From Podospora anserina (taxonomy: Eukaryota), in assembly GCA_017654855.1 (NCBI GenBank), contig CM030332.1, forward strand, positions 4,340,001 to 4,404,000: a stretch of DNA of 64,000 nt, given 5' to 3'. The stretch's first letter is position 1. Every line of letters starts with the position of its first letter. The notes below the pieces were generated by a model. The model saw only the letters and a list, made by a program, of their open reading frames with translations. It had not been told where the DNA came from and did not search any database. The translations under genes were made by a program, and so were the position numbers. This document shows positions 24,949 through 42,191 of this stretch, one piece after another.

Positions 24949-25815
24949 TCACCTCCAGGTACCATGTATCCTTCCTCTCCGCAACCCCGTCCTCTTCAGG
25001 CCGACATCCCCATTTACCATTAGACTCTTCCACCTTTTCCCTACACTAGATCTGTCTTTCCCCAGACTCCTCGCACAGTCCTGCCACTCTGACTTTGACA
25101 GCTTCAGTTTCTCTAGCACAAGCTCGACGAGGATTCGATCGTCTTCAGCAGACCATTTTGACCCGTCACCTTCTGTTACAATATCAGTCCCTTCGCTCGT
25201 TGTGGGGTTATTGTCGACATATAGCCCGCTATGGTGCAAAGAGTGGTAGTCACCCCTCTCGAGACCCAAGGGGATGACCTCGGGGGCTATGCGGGAGCGC
25301 TTGGGGGTTTGCGGTGTTGGATCCTCCTCGGGCTCCTCTGCTTCTGGTTCCACATCGCTGGATGTATCCTCCTCGCGCCCCAAGTCATCGTCCACGGCGC
25401 GCCGACGTTTATTTGGCCCCCGGGAAGGATGCACCGGGGTGCGCTTCGCGATGCGCTTACGGGGCGGGGCTGTTGTTGGGTCGGTCGCGCTGGAAGAGGA
25501 AGGTGTGTCGTTTTTCCGCGATCGCAGACGGAGCTTCAGAGGGGCCGGCGTATGGGCGAGTGGCGGTGTAGGCAATTGCGCATGCGTTGTAGTGGGTGGA
25601 GTGATGGGTTCTATGGTGGCGGGAGGTTGGGGGGCAAGTGGCGCAGGGCTGGCTAGCAGATTATGAAGTGAACGACATGTAGAGAAGATGTTGCCAACGA
25701 CGGTTGGTGTGGATATTTGTGGAGGGCTTGCGGGAGGAGAGGCGAGGAGAGAAGCCTGGAGGCGCGTCAATGGCGGTTGCGACGAGTCGCATGCCAGCGC
25801 AGACGGGAGCAACAT
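24949..25815 (-). CDS. Myb/SANT-domain protein
   Basis: C-terminal WSAEDDRILVELVLEKLKLSKSEWQDCARSLGKDRSSVGKRWKSL Myb repeat; Pro-rich N-terminus. Confidence 0.85.
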   Translation of the reverse strand: MLLPSALACDSSQPPLTRLQASLLASPPASPPQISTPTVVGNIFSTCRSLHNLLASPAPLAPQPPATIEPITPPTTTHAQLPTPPLAHTPAPLKLRLRSRKNDTPSSSSATDPTTAPPRKRIAKRTPVHPSRGPNKRRRAVDDDLGREEDTSSDVEPEAEEPEEDPTPQTPKRSRIAPEVIPLGLERGDYHSLHHSGLYVDNNPTTSEGTDIVTEGDGSKWSAEDDRILVELVLEKLKLSKSEWQDCARSLGKDRSSVGKRWKSLMVNGDVGLKRTGLRRGRIHGTWR

Positions 25816-28479
25816 GGTGTTCTGTTGTGCGATAGGATGTTCGGGCTATAGGTTGACGGGCGGCAAAGAGGCAGATCTGGGCCGGCAGCGATATGAGAGG
25901 CGGTGGCTAAATGAACCCGAACCCGGGAAAGAGGACGGCGGTTTGGGTTTGCGACCAGAGCTCTGGAGGTCTGAGGAGGAATGCGCTGTGGGTTACAGGC
26001 AGTCTTGCCTTGCGAAACCAGTGCGCGACGGTGTTGGTGACCGAGTGATACGGGAATTTGGTCTATACGGATCGTGGTACTAGGGGTGGTGGTGATGGCG
26101 GTTGAGGTGTCGGACAAAAAAGAAGGTGTGAGGAAGGTGAGGAGAACGATGGACGGGCCAGGAATAATGCGCCTGTAATAAGAAGTGGGATAGAGCGGGC
26201 AGGGGAGTTGATGGCAGGGGGCCGTAGCCGGTTCTTAACGGTGGGCCACATGACGACCACTCCCAGACCCCCTCTCTCTATCCCCAAGAACCCGGACAGG
26301 GCACCGGCAGAGGGCGTGAGAGAAACTGCGAGAGGCTGCCGAAGGGCGGGTAGACCAATCAGGGAGGGTGTCTTCACCAGATGCAGCCCTCATGCAAGCA
26401 CTCAAAAGAAGTACAAGAACGGAGGAGGGTCTTGAGTGCTATGGACACAGATTGAGCGAGCTTTGATTCCATATCTTACTCTCCTCTCCCCGCTCCGAAC
26501 CGTCAATGTTCTACTCATGCTGGTACTTTTTCTCTCAGCTTTGGAGGACACGCTCATCTCTTCACCTCGGCCTCTCTGACCTCAGCTCAAGGAGCCAGAC
26601 GAGACCGAGAGAGTGGTATCATGCCCTGCATTGGTGCAAACAAGGGACTACTTCTCTGGGGAGATCGTCAGGAGTGTTGAAGAAAAAGGGAGCACGGGGA
26701 GCTCTGCAACTTGGTTGAAGAAGCAGGGCAGGGGAGGGCATCGTTGCAGAAGGGCAAAACCCCGCCGTGAGGCCATTTCAATCTGATCTACTTCTCGCTC
26801 TCTCCTTCACCGGCCTTTCTTGTCAGACAAGGTAAAAGGCGGGGTTAGACCCCCCACGTATCGAGGAGCATATGTAAGAGAGACGATGCCAGTCATCTGA
26901 AGAAGATGCAGCTGCCTGTGGATGTGGTGCTCCGGCTCCAGTTCCTGGGAAGTTTGGCACCGCCCACCACCTCTGCCAAAGTGAATCCCGCCAGGGCAGT
27001 ACTCCGTAGAATCTGGAAGGAAACGACCGAGGGGTTAAACGCGTTAGACACGCGAAGAGACGCGCCCAAGACGCGTTACAGGCGGGTCCCAATTTAACAT
27101 AAAGTGTCCAATGCTTGTGTCATGGTGGGCTGGATGCAGGACTGATTGGCTGGCGGAAGAAACGGTCTTCGCCAAGTCCTGCAGCGGTGGGACCCTGGAG
27201 CTACCATCCATGCGCGCTTTGATCATTTTCTGGTCCGACGCACGCAGGAGGACTTGAGACTCATCAAGGTGTGTGATCCTTCACGTGACCCCCTTCAACC
27301 TCTCGTCCTTTTCTTCCCTAGGTATGTTCTTGGGGCACTGTGTGGGACAGCCATTGCGGATCCCCAACACTCGATCACGACTTTCAACCGATGTTCGTCT
27401 TCCAATGCCTTCTGCTCACACACTGGCCGGTCCCGAGATTGCATTCGATTCGCAGTTCCTCGCTGAGCAAACCCAGCTCTGATTGCCAATCTCCATATCT
27501 CTACCTCCCCTGTGGCCCAGGTGATGTTTGCGATATTGCCTTGCCTGTCACTTGAGACTTTGAGTTCTGATTCTGGGCATTAGGTAGACTGTAGACTGAG
27601 CTGGGATCCTCTCTTTCGAGAGCATATCACACGGCATTGCCCATAGCTTGTTGCGAGCCGAGGCCACATCTCACATGCCCTTAACGGTCTCATTTCAAGC
27701 ACTCGATCATGAAATGACTGTGCCTGGGAATGACGACGTGCTCTGTGGCCCGTCATAGGATGACTCGCCTTCATTTGGCTTTGCCTCAGCACCGGCTACA
27801 AGAGGCGTCGTTTGCTCTCGATCTGAAGTCCCGGAGACTCATCAAGGCCCGAGAAGCTGCATGTCCTACAGAAACACGGCTCATGACCCGACATCTGATC
27901 TTTCTTTTTGTTGAGGAGATGCCGAGCGCCCGAATGCGGACCAAGTCAGTAGCACAAGTGAATACGGCCTGATAATCCGTTGTCGATCGACCAGGTGCCA
28001 TGGAGTTCAAGCAAATCGAGAGCCAGTTGACATTGCCGTTGTCTGATGTTTCGGGTCTTGCGTGCCCAACATGACAAAGCCCAAGGTCTGCTTGGGATGC
28101 CGCGAGTCTCCAATCCCGGAGCAACTAACCCTACTAAGGACAGGGGATTTCAGGAAATGGCTAGCAAGATGTTGATGAAGAATAACCTACGATATCTAGC
28201 AATCATACAGGTGCATTCTTGGCTGTCTTTGCTATCAACACCCAAAACGTCGGAAGGTCATGGAGGTGAATACACCCTACGCAGGGGACGACTGGTAACC
28301 TGCTGGTGGAAGTCAGCCTGGGCCCGTCTAGAGCAACAAAGACAGAGACGGTCCCCGCTCGCCATCGTCAAATATACCACAATTGAACCGCTCAAACGCT
28401 CACGCTCATCTTATGTTTGATATCATTCACCGACGAACCTGGGTGTACAGATCCCCACACGTCAAATCACCCCTCAAAG

Positions 28480-30060
28480 CACAATAATACCCACACGGTT
28501 CACAACTCACCTTCACTGCTCTTCCCTTTATCATATCCCAACCTTTTTTAGACTTTATCCAAGGTTTTTAAAATGCTACCCCAACATCTCACATCCATCT
28601 ATCCCCACTTACTTATCCTCCACAATTTACCTTCACAACTTACTTTCACAACTCACCCTCCTCACTTACTCCCACAGTTCACCTTCCTCATTTACTCCCA
28701 CAACTCACCTTCACCACTCATCTCCACAACTATTCCCTTAATCACATCTTAACTTTTCAAGACTTTATCCCAGCCTTTTACACCTCTACCCCAACTTCTC
28801 ACATCTATTATATAACCTACCTATCCCTCACAACTTACTTTTACAATCCACCTTCACAACACAGCTTCACGACCTTTGCTTTAATTATCTCCCAACTTTT
28901 CTAGACTGTATCCCAGCCTTTAAAACTCTATACCAACTTCTCACATCCATTACTTAACTTACCTATCCCTCACAACTTACCTTCACAACTTACCTATCTT
29001 TCACAACTCACATATCCTACACAACTCACCTATCCTTCACAACTTACTTTCATAATCTACCTTTCCACAACTCCCCTTTACAACTCCCCTAAACAACTCG
29101 CCTCCACAATTCACCTTCAAACTTACCTTTACAATTCACCTTCACCACTCACCTATTTATATCCCAAACCCCCAACTTTTTAAATCCTTAACCCAACCTT
29201 TCACATTCACCTACCCCTCACAACACATCCATCTTTCACAAATTACCTTCACAGCCCTTTCCCCAACTACCTCTACCTTATCCCCCATCTCATTCCTTTC
29301 CATATTATATCCTAACCTTTTTAAAACTCTACCACAACTTCCCACAATCACATATCCTTTCAACACACACATCCTCTATAACTCCCTTACCTTTTATAAC
29401 TTATCTATTCTCTATAATCTACCCATCCTTTCCAACTCTCTCCCCAACTCCACTCTCCTCTACCTTCTTCTCCTCCCTCTTTCTTATATTATATCCCATC
29501 CTTTCAAAAACTCTCAATCTTTCTTCTCTCCATCCTTTACCTGACTCTCTACCATATCATCTTTCACCATACCTAATACCCTTCAATACAACACCTATCC
29601 CAACACCCAACACCCAACACCCCATCACCCACAACAACACCACCCCATCAACAACACCTATCATCAACATCCATCATCCTTCACCATATCCTTCACCATA
29701 TCCTTCACCACATCCTTCACCACATCCTTCACCACATCCTTCACCACATCCTTCACCACATCTTTCACCACATCCTTCACCACCTTATTCACTACATTAT
29801 TCACCATATCCTTCACCATATTATTCACTACTTCATTCAACCTAACTCTTCTTATTTTCACCTCAACTTCAACCTTTTAAAAACTTACTCCAAACTTATA
29901 TACATCAACCAAACTTCTACTAACTATCTATCCCAGCCTTTTTATCAACCTACCTTACTCTTCACCACCAACCCATCCAACCTATCTCTTTCATAACAAT
30001 ACCGCTCCTCACAACAACACTATTTCTCACAACTTCACAATTCATAACGACCTCACCTCA
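28480..30060. repeat. G-depleted diverged satellite / low-complexity tract
   Basis: Recurring TATCCCA(A/G)CCTTTT..CTCTACCCCAACTTCTCACATC and CCTTCACAACT motifs; almost no G on + strand. Confidence 0.85.
29675..29832. repeat. 12-bp tandem repeat (CATCCTTCACCA), about 12-13 copies
   Basis: Visible tandem array; produces the spurious VKDV-repeat ORF on the minus strand. Confidence 0.9.
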
Positions 30061-30086
30061 AATACATTACCACAATAAAGGGAAAC

Positions 30087-31860
30087 ATGGCCACCCCTTT
30101 CCCTTCCCCGGAAGCCGCTGACGCCCCCGAATCCCTCATCGGTCTTCCCCGGACGCCGCGCCCGCTAACGGCGCTTCCTCCGCCTCCCCTGTCACTCCCG
30201 GTTCCGCCGCCAGTGACAACATCGCCACCGCCATTGCTGCTGCTCTGTCCGCTTTACCTACGACTCCCGGCCCCGCCAACACCGACGCCTCTGGTTCCTA
30301 GTCCCCTGACAACAGCGGCGAGAGTCCAGTTGTCCCTGTCCCTGCCAACACGCCTGTTAATTCCCCTCGATCGCCAAGGCCCGATGCTCTTCCTGTGACG
30401 CCAGGTCTCGACTCTCACCGCACCCATCGAACCTGGAAGCCTCTACATAGCAAAGTAAACAAGTGTGATTCTTGCGATAGCCATTCCCCAGGCGTTCTCC
30501 AGGAGTGCTGTGGCAAGGGATGCACTGTCCGGTTGTGCGAGGGCTGCGCCAGGGGCAATATTTGGCACACCCAGCACCGCACACATTTCATCGATGCCAA
30601 AAAATGTGACTGGCAGATCAGAAAGCCCTCGCCGAAGCCGAGGACCTCTCTGCGTGCTAGACAGGTCCGACGTCGTGTGGGAAGGGGAAGCCCGCCTGCC
30701 TCCCGGAAGCGTGTACGTTTTGTTGGTCTGGAGGACGACGATGAGGCTGAGAAGGGCAACCGTCCCGCGAAGCGGCCTCAGGCTGAGCCTCCTCGACAAC
30801 TGGCCCCCAAGCCTGTCGCCCAAATGGGCCAAGTCTACGAGCCGTTGAGCACTGGTCGCACCCCGTTGCCGAGCATGCATCCTCCTCGATGTACCGCCGG
30901 GCCCTCTCTGTTGCGCAATTCAGACTCTTACACGCGTGGGGCAGGTCCACAGGTGTATTGACAGGCCGCCGAGACTACCAGGCCCGTGAACACAGCTGTG
31001 ACAGGCCTCGAACGCCGCGAGACAGAGGGATTCAGTTTCCAGCCTCCTCCCGGGGCATACCACCAGCTCCAGAGATCCCAGGAGATGGGAACAAGGCAAG
31101 CCGACACATACATGACCGGTCCCCAGAGAGACTTCCAGCCTGGAAGAACCTCCTCCCACCCAGTGCCTGTGCCTAGCAACAACTGGCCTACTTCCTTCTC
31201 CCCCGAGGAGATCCGTCAGGTCCAGACTATCTACAGCATCACCTTTGGTGCCACCTACACAGGCAATATTGTGAGTTTTTACCGCCGCCCCGTCCCCCAG
31301 CAACTTATTACCGCATCGATTCGCTCCTCCGCCTCTCCAGGTATGCCCCCGTCCAACACCTTCGGCCCACAACACCATCAGAACGTAGGAACTGCTTCCC
31401 GACTCCTGGCCCCCATCTTCAGCACGGGCTACGGGCACCGCTCATCTGACAATAACGAAAAGGTAAGTCAAAACCCCGGTCACTCCATACACTTCCCACA
31501 CTCTGCTCCATCCCCAAATATCACCCTCACAACGAGCTCACACCTTTTCAATCCCAGATGACCCTCGAGGATGAGCGACTCTGGAACCTGCTCCACAGCG
31601 CCTGGCTTCACAATCACGACGTCTCCGTCATACGCCAATTCAAGGGAGATTTGCTCCCTCTCAGCCAGTTCTGGGACGCGTTCAACCTCTATTGCTCGCA
31701 GAACAACATCCAGCATGCTCACCGCGCCACCAACTGGTTCGTCGACCAGAAGTGGCATCTTGATATCAAGGAGAGAGATGCTCGCCAAGCGGAGCGGAAG
31801 AAGGAGCACGAGCAGCGGATGGAAGAGATGGGGGGCCAGTGGCAGGGCCCTCCCTACTAA
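30087..31860 (+). pseudogene. Interrupted gene with Cys/His-rich putative zinc-binding domain
   Basis: ATG 30087, frameshift near 30140-30150, in-frame TAG 30299-30301, CDSC..ECCGKGC..LCEGC..H..H domain, in-frame TGA 30959-30961, phase-0 intron 31463-31557 joining last exon to TAA 31860. Confidence 0.6.
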
Positions 31861-32176
31861 GCCAACAAACACCAACTTTGGGGGAAGACCAAGTGGTCTG
31901 AAAGGGGGGAAGGGGTCTGGAAGCTCATGGGGAGAATTCGAGATAGGAGGGAGGGGGGAAGGAGGTGGTGTGTTGGGCTGCTATTTGAGAGTTTAAGAGG
32001 GATTGTTAGGTGGCAGATGGAGTTGCGATGATTTTTCTTTTTCACACACACAAAACAACAAAACAAAAAAAAGGACTGTCAAGGATGCGAAGAACACGGG
32101 TCAGGGTGTTTGCTAGGGAATCAGTTAGTTTGCGATGGTTTTTTTCAGTTTCTTTTGCTTGTAATCTTTAGTCAGT

Positions 32177-32540
32177 GTTGCTTTCAGGAAAAAAGGAGGC
32201 TTGTTGGCTGGGCGTATAGTCTTTCATAAAAGGGGAAATAGAGGTTGGCTAGCGATGAGTTAATGTTTAATGAGGTCTTTTTCATACTCTTGTACTTCTT
32301 TTCAGTTTGTTGGTGATGGTTTTTACCAGTTCCTTTTGTTTGTTTTCTTTGGGCCGCGTTGCTTTCAAGGAAAAAGGAGGATCGTTGGCTGGGCCTAAGG
32401 TCTTTCATAAAGAAAAAAAAGAAAGAGATTGGCTGCCCGGCGATGATTTCACGTTTAATGTGGTCTCTTTCATATTCTTTTGCTTATTTTTGGTGTGCGT
32501 TGCTTTCAGGGAAAGAGGGTATCATTGGCTGGACCTGTGT
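32177..32540. repeat. Diverged direct repeat, about 2.3 copies of a 140-180 bp unit
   Basis: GTTGCTTTCA.G.AAA.AGG...TTGGCTGG at ~32177, ~32358 and ~32499; first two copies share TCTTTCATAAA and GTTTAATG. Confidence 0.75.
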
Positions 32541-33014
32541 ATGCTCTTTTAACAAGAGAAGACAATTCACATGACGATACATTGATATTTTATGAAACTC
32601 CTACCCTAGGCGCTTTCCCATCGCATCATCATATGGTATTTGTTTTACGCCCCCTTAATCCTCTGTGCATCCCCTATCTAACCCTGAAATGTGACCAGGG
32701 TTATGGCTCTGTCCCTGAAAGTGCACCACCCAGACCACCACCGCTGCACATCACTACTTATGACGATAGCCACATCAATCAGCAATGGACCTGTGAATCA
32801 CAGTATAATAATGATCTCCTGATAACAAAACTATCAATTGAAGCTATTTTCTATTTAACTCCAACACTGGTGGATGTCGTTGCTAACGGTATCACTTATG
32901 CTACCAAATAAGTAAACAAACAAATAGTCAGCTAAGTCGTCAACCAGGTGATCAACTAAGAGGTTTATAAGGTCTTTAACTACGTGGTTGATTAGGTAAT
33001 AGTTAATTGTATTT

Positions 33015-34050
33015 CTAGTGATAGCTGGGATAGCGGACAGTGATAGCTGGGATAATGGATGGTGATAGCTGGGATAGTAGGCAGTAATAGCTGGGATAAT
33101 GGACAGTGGTAGGTGGTCCACCCAGTTTCATATGTGTCAGGAGAGATATTTATCTTTCCTGCTGGCCAGACCGGTAGTAATTCGCACCATCGGAGTCATC
33201 AGTTGTTGAGCGATAGGCGTTTACACCATCCGCTCGTGTTGTCTAAGCACACTCAGATGACCATGTTTTATTTACGCCTTTATTTAACCACGCCAAAGGT
33301 TACCACACCATGGATAGTGGTAGCGGGGATAATAGACAGTGGTAGCTGGGCACGTGGGTGAAGAAATCCAGACCACATTTCCAACATCAACATTCATCAC
33401 TCATCGACACATCACTCATCGACACATCACTCATCGACACATCACTCACCACTTTTTTGGTTAAATTAATTACAAAAAAATATACAAGTAATCAGAAGCT
33501 TCTAGAGAACTACAGGATTCATTTTCTACAAGAAATCCTCATGTGGTGGCGGGTAAGAGATGGTGAGGTAAAGAAAATCGATATCATTTTTGCACACTGG
33601 ATTTCTTCACCCACGTGCTGGGGTAATAGAGTGTATAAGCTTAAATAGTAGAAAATTGCCAGTATTTGCTTTCTTTGACTCATTAAGTTGATATTTAATA
33701 ATTACATATATGAGGATATAGACAACTTGCCTCTACTACTATATGACCCTCTGAGCATCCCGATATCCACAACCTTCACAAAATCTCATGCACTCTATAC
33801 ATAACTATTTAGAAGTCAACACCACTTGTTTAACTCTACCTTCCACGAACTAAAGCTCTCATGTAGGTATGCATTATCCCAGCTATCACTCTTTAATACC
33901 CCAACTATTACTCTCTATTACCCTCTATTACCCCCTATTACCACCTATTAACCCAGCTATTATTATCCATTGCACCAGCTATCATCACTGTCCATTACCC
34001 AGCTATGACTTTATTAGGTGTATCAGCTACCGCTGTCCATTATCTCAGCT
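33015..34050. repeat. Inverted arrays of a ~21-bp unit (GATAGCTGGGATAATGGACAGT)
   Basis: Forward copies 33018-33112 and 33311-33350; reverse-complement copies (CTGTCCATTA.CCCAGCTA) 33870-34050. Confidence 0.75.
33351..33617. mobile_element. 267-bp MITE with 21-bp perfect TIRs and 5-bp TSD CTGGG
   Basis: CACGTGGGTGAAGAAATCCAG (33351-33371) is the exact reverse complement of 33597-33617; CTGGG at 33346-33350 and 33618-33622; internal 15-bp repeat CATCACTCATCGACA x3. Confidence 0.85.
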
Positions 34051-34463
34051 GATAAAATTGACACAGGCAAGATGATAAGTCAGACAGTTGTCTCTATCAC
34101 TCAAATAGCTTCGGCTCGCCTCACTAGCTCTTCAACGATTCATTTACAATACACATTTATCCCCTCGAAAGGTACCGGGCACTTTGCTTCCATCACCGGC
34201 TATCACTATCCATTACCCCTGACAGGATATCGATGAGCAATATGATGGGCTACGGTAGCGAGTTACATCACCTTCAACACCATTTATTCCTCTGACCGCG
34301 AGACACCCACTCTCTCTCTCTCGCGGGCATACCTCTCGGCCTGTTGTTTCCATGACAGTCTATCCCCACTAAGAGAAATGCCCCATTTGATCTTAACGCC
34401 GGGAAAGATCTCAGTCTAAGAAACTTTATCGTGTCCTTTTAAGCACCCTTGCCATAGCCTTCT

Positions 34464-39638
<5,175 letters not shown>

Positions 39639-40318
39639 TTTGTCGGGAGTCGAAACTCTCTTGGCGCGGGAGTGGAGCTGAGAGTTGTAACGGAGAAGTT
39701 GAACCCTATTTGGGTTGTGATGGTGGATGTTGTTTCGGATGAGTCGCGTGGTGCATTGCAGTTCCTGTGTACCTGCAGAGAGACAGATTGTTGGATGGAC
39801 GATAGAACCAAACTCCCGTCGCAAATCCTGCAAAAAGATCGGTTTTGGGGGGCAAATAATTGTTCGAGCTCCAGAAGTAAGAAAAAGCCATCAAGGTTCC
39901 TAGCGGTCAGAGAGCGGCGGCACAGTGCGCATTGTGTGAGTCGGACTAGGCAGCGATGATATCGACATCATCAGTGCCCGCATCCAACCAAGACAAAGGA
40001 GAAACTGCACTTTGGAGGCCGTCGTACAATAGGTATACGGAACTACATCACAACCTCTGGGCAAGATCATCTATCTGTATTTCGGCCCTGTATACATTGG
40101 CATCAAGCATCGACCTCGAGGTTGGGCCATCCGCACTGTGTTTCCTTAGCAACTGACAACCAACTGCCGTTACATGCCACGGCACTTTTCTCACTAGCGA
40201 TCTGGCTTACAGCTCTTCACAGGTCTCTCCGACATGAACCAGCTGCCATTTTATTTGAATAATTATGTTATACTACATGGTCGTAACATCATAAGAGTCT
40301 CTCAAGTTCCACGGACGC

Positions 40319-41338
40319 TCAGCCGTTCAGAACAGTGCCTCCATTGCAGTGGATCGTCTGTCCACTGATGGCCGAACTATCGGTAGACGCGAGGAACACA
40401 ACGCAGGTTGCGATCTCACTCGGTTGTGCGGGCCGACCCATTGGGCTGGTAAATTGCTTCTGCGCGTCATCGTTCATCGTCGACGGGATCAAGGGGGTCC
40501 ACACGGGACCTGGCGCAACAGCATTCACCCGGATACCCTGACCAACCTTCTGATTGCTCAGTCCACGGGTAAAAGAAATGATGGCGCCTTTGGTCGATGT
40601 GTAATCCAACAAGTCAGGCCGGCCGGTGTAGGCGTTGATGCTTGCATTGTTGATGATGGTGCTTCCAGGCTTCATGTGAGGCAATGAATACTTGGCCAGG
40701 TAGAAGTAGGGGTGGATGTTGGTGTCGAAGGTATGGATCCATTGGTCCCTTGTGGCTCGCTGTCAGTCGTCTTTCCTCCTCATGTTATTTCCAACCGTCA
40801 TACTCACTCGGACAAGTCCTTGATGTCAGGAACCATCATCTGATAGGCCGCATTGTTGAAAAGGATGTCGATCTGGCCATTGAATAGTTTGACGGCCTCA
40901 TCGACCACCTTCTGGCAATTCTTGCGGTCCCGCAGATCGGTTGAAATGAGATAACATTGCTGACCGTACTGCTCAACACGTTTCTTGGTCTCTTGGGCAT
41001 CATCCTCTTCCTCAGGCAGATAGGCAATCAGCGAGTTGGCACCCTCCATGGCAAACAGGATGGCAGTCGCACGGCCAATACCAGAATCACCACCTGTGAT
41101 GATAGCATTCTTGCCCTTGAGCTTGCCGGCAGCTCTGTACTTTTGGTTCTTGCCATCGCTAGTTGGGATCTCATCGAACAGTGGTGTAGGATATGGCATT
41201 TTGGCCTCTTTTCCAGGGAAATCCTGGTGCGTCACCGGGATCTCGTGCCCTGTCACTGTGTTAGTCCCGAGTATTTTGATATAAGACAGCAATGTGGCCG
41301 CTCGACTTACCACTCTGGAATTGTCCCTTGTCAGTCAT
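40319..41338 (-). CDS. Short-chain dehydrogenase/reductase (general stress protein 39/YdaD-like)
   Basis: TGGDSGIG, NNAA, YTSTKG catalytic motif, VNAVAPGPVWTPL; introns ~41310-41251 and ~40807-40749. Confidence 0.92.
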
Positions 41339-42191
41339 TTTGAATGATTGGTCTTCGATCGATGCGAAATTGCTTCCTGGGGTAAAGAAGGATGTCTGAA
41401 TGAATAGGAATCAACCAGGTCAAAAGAACAAAAAGGGTCTCTGAAATATTTGTATTAAATCGGACATCTGAAGGTGAGTTGCTACTGCAGGTACCCAGTC
41501 TATGACATAATTGGGGAGCTTCTGGAAAGTGTCCGCAATCACAATGACGACATGCAATGGGGTTGGAGCTTTTGCTCCCCCAACAGTCGGACACCCATTT
41601 ACCTTTTCAGAGAAGAGACTGAAATCATTCGGCCAGTGTCAGATTCGACAGCTGCATGCTCTCGGGTGGTCAGGCGTTCGTGAAATCCCATGGCTCTGAT
41701 TGGCCAGGCATCCTTCTTCAACAATAAACAACGCCACCTTGGATATCTCATCAACTTCTGGGCTGGACAATATTTGACTCGGTACTCCAAGTATAAAAGG
41801 CCAGTTGCTTGTTAAAACTGCTCAAGCGTTGATGTTGCGCGACCACTCACCGGCAGTGACAAGCTCGATAGGAATGAGTCGAGCTCACGAGCTGGTGTCT
41901 CTCCGAAGCAATTTCATAACCCCAGGCCGGCGGTTTGCTCTAGTCTAGCCGAACGGTTTGGTCAACGGCGGTGGACCGTTGAGTCGTGACTCTTGTTTTG
42001 CAAGGCTAAGTTTAGATGGTTTGACTACTTCTAGGGCATCGTTGAATCCACGCTGTTGGGCAACTCAGTATAATAACACAGCAAAATGTCAATGATCATG
42101 TTGTGTAAGACCTTATCCATAGAAGAGGTCTTCTTGGTGGACACTCATTTGAACTCGTTCTGCCGTGTCCTTCTTGTCGCTGTTGTGCAGC

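Noticed and set aside
29664..29861. ORF with (VKDV)n repeats
   Set aside because: Translation artefact of the 12-bp tandem array; no ATG context or other gene signals
28480..34050. CRISPR-like or telomeric interpretation of the repeat arrays
   Set aside because: Eukaryotic context, no identical repeats with unique spacers, no cas genes; no tandem CCCTAA/TTAGGG array
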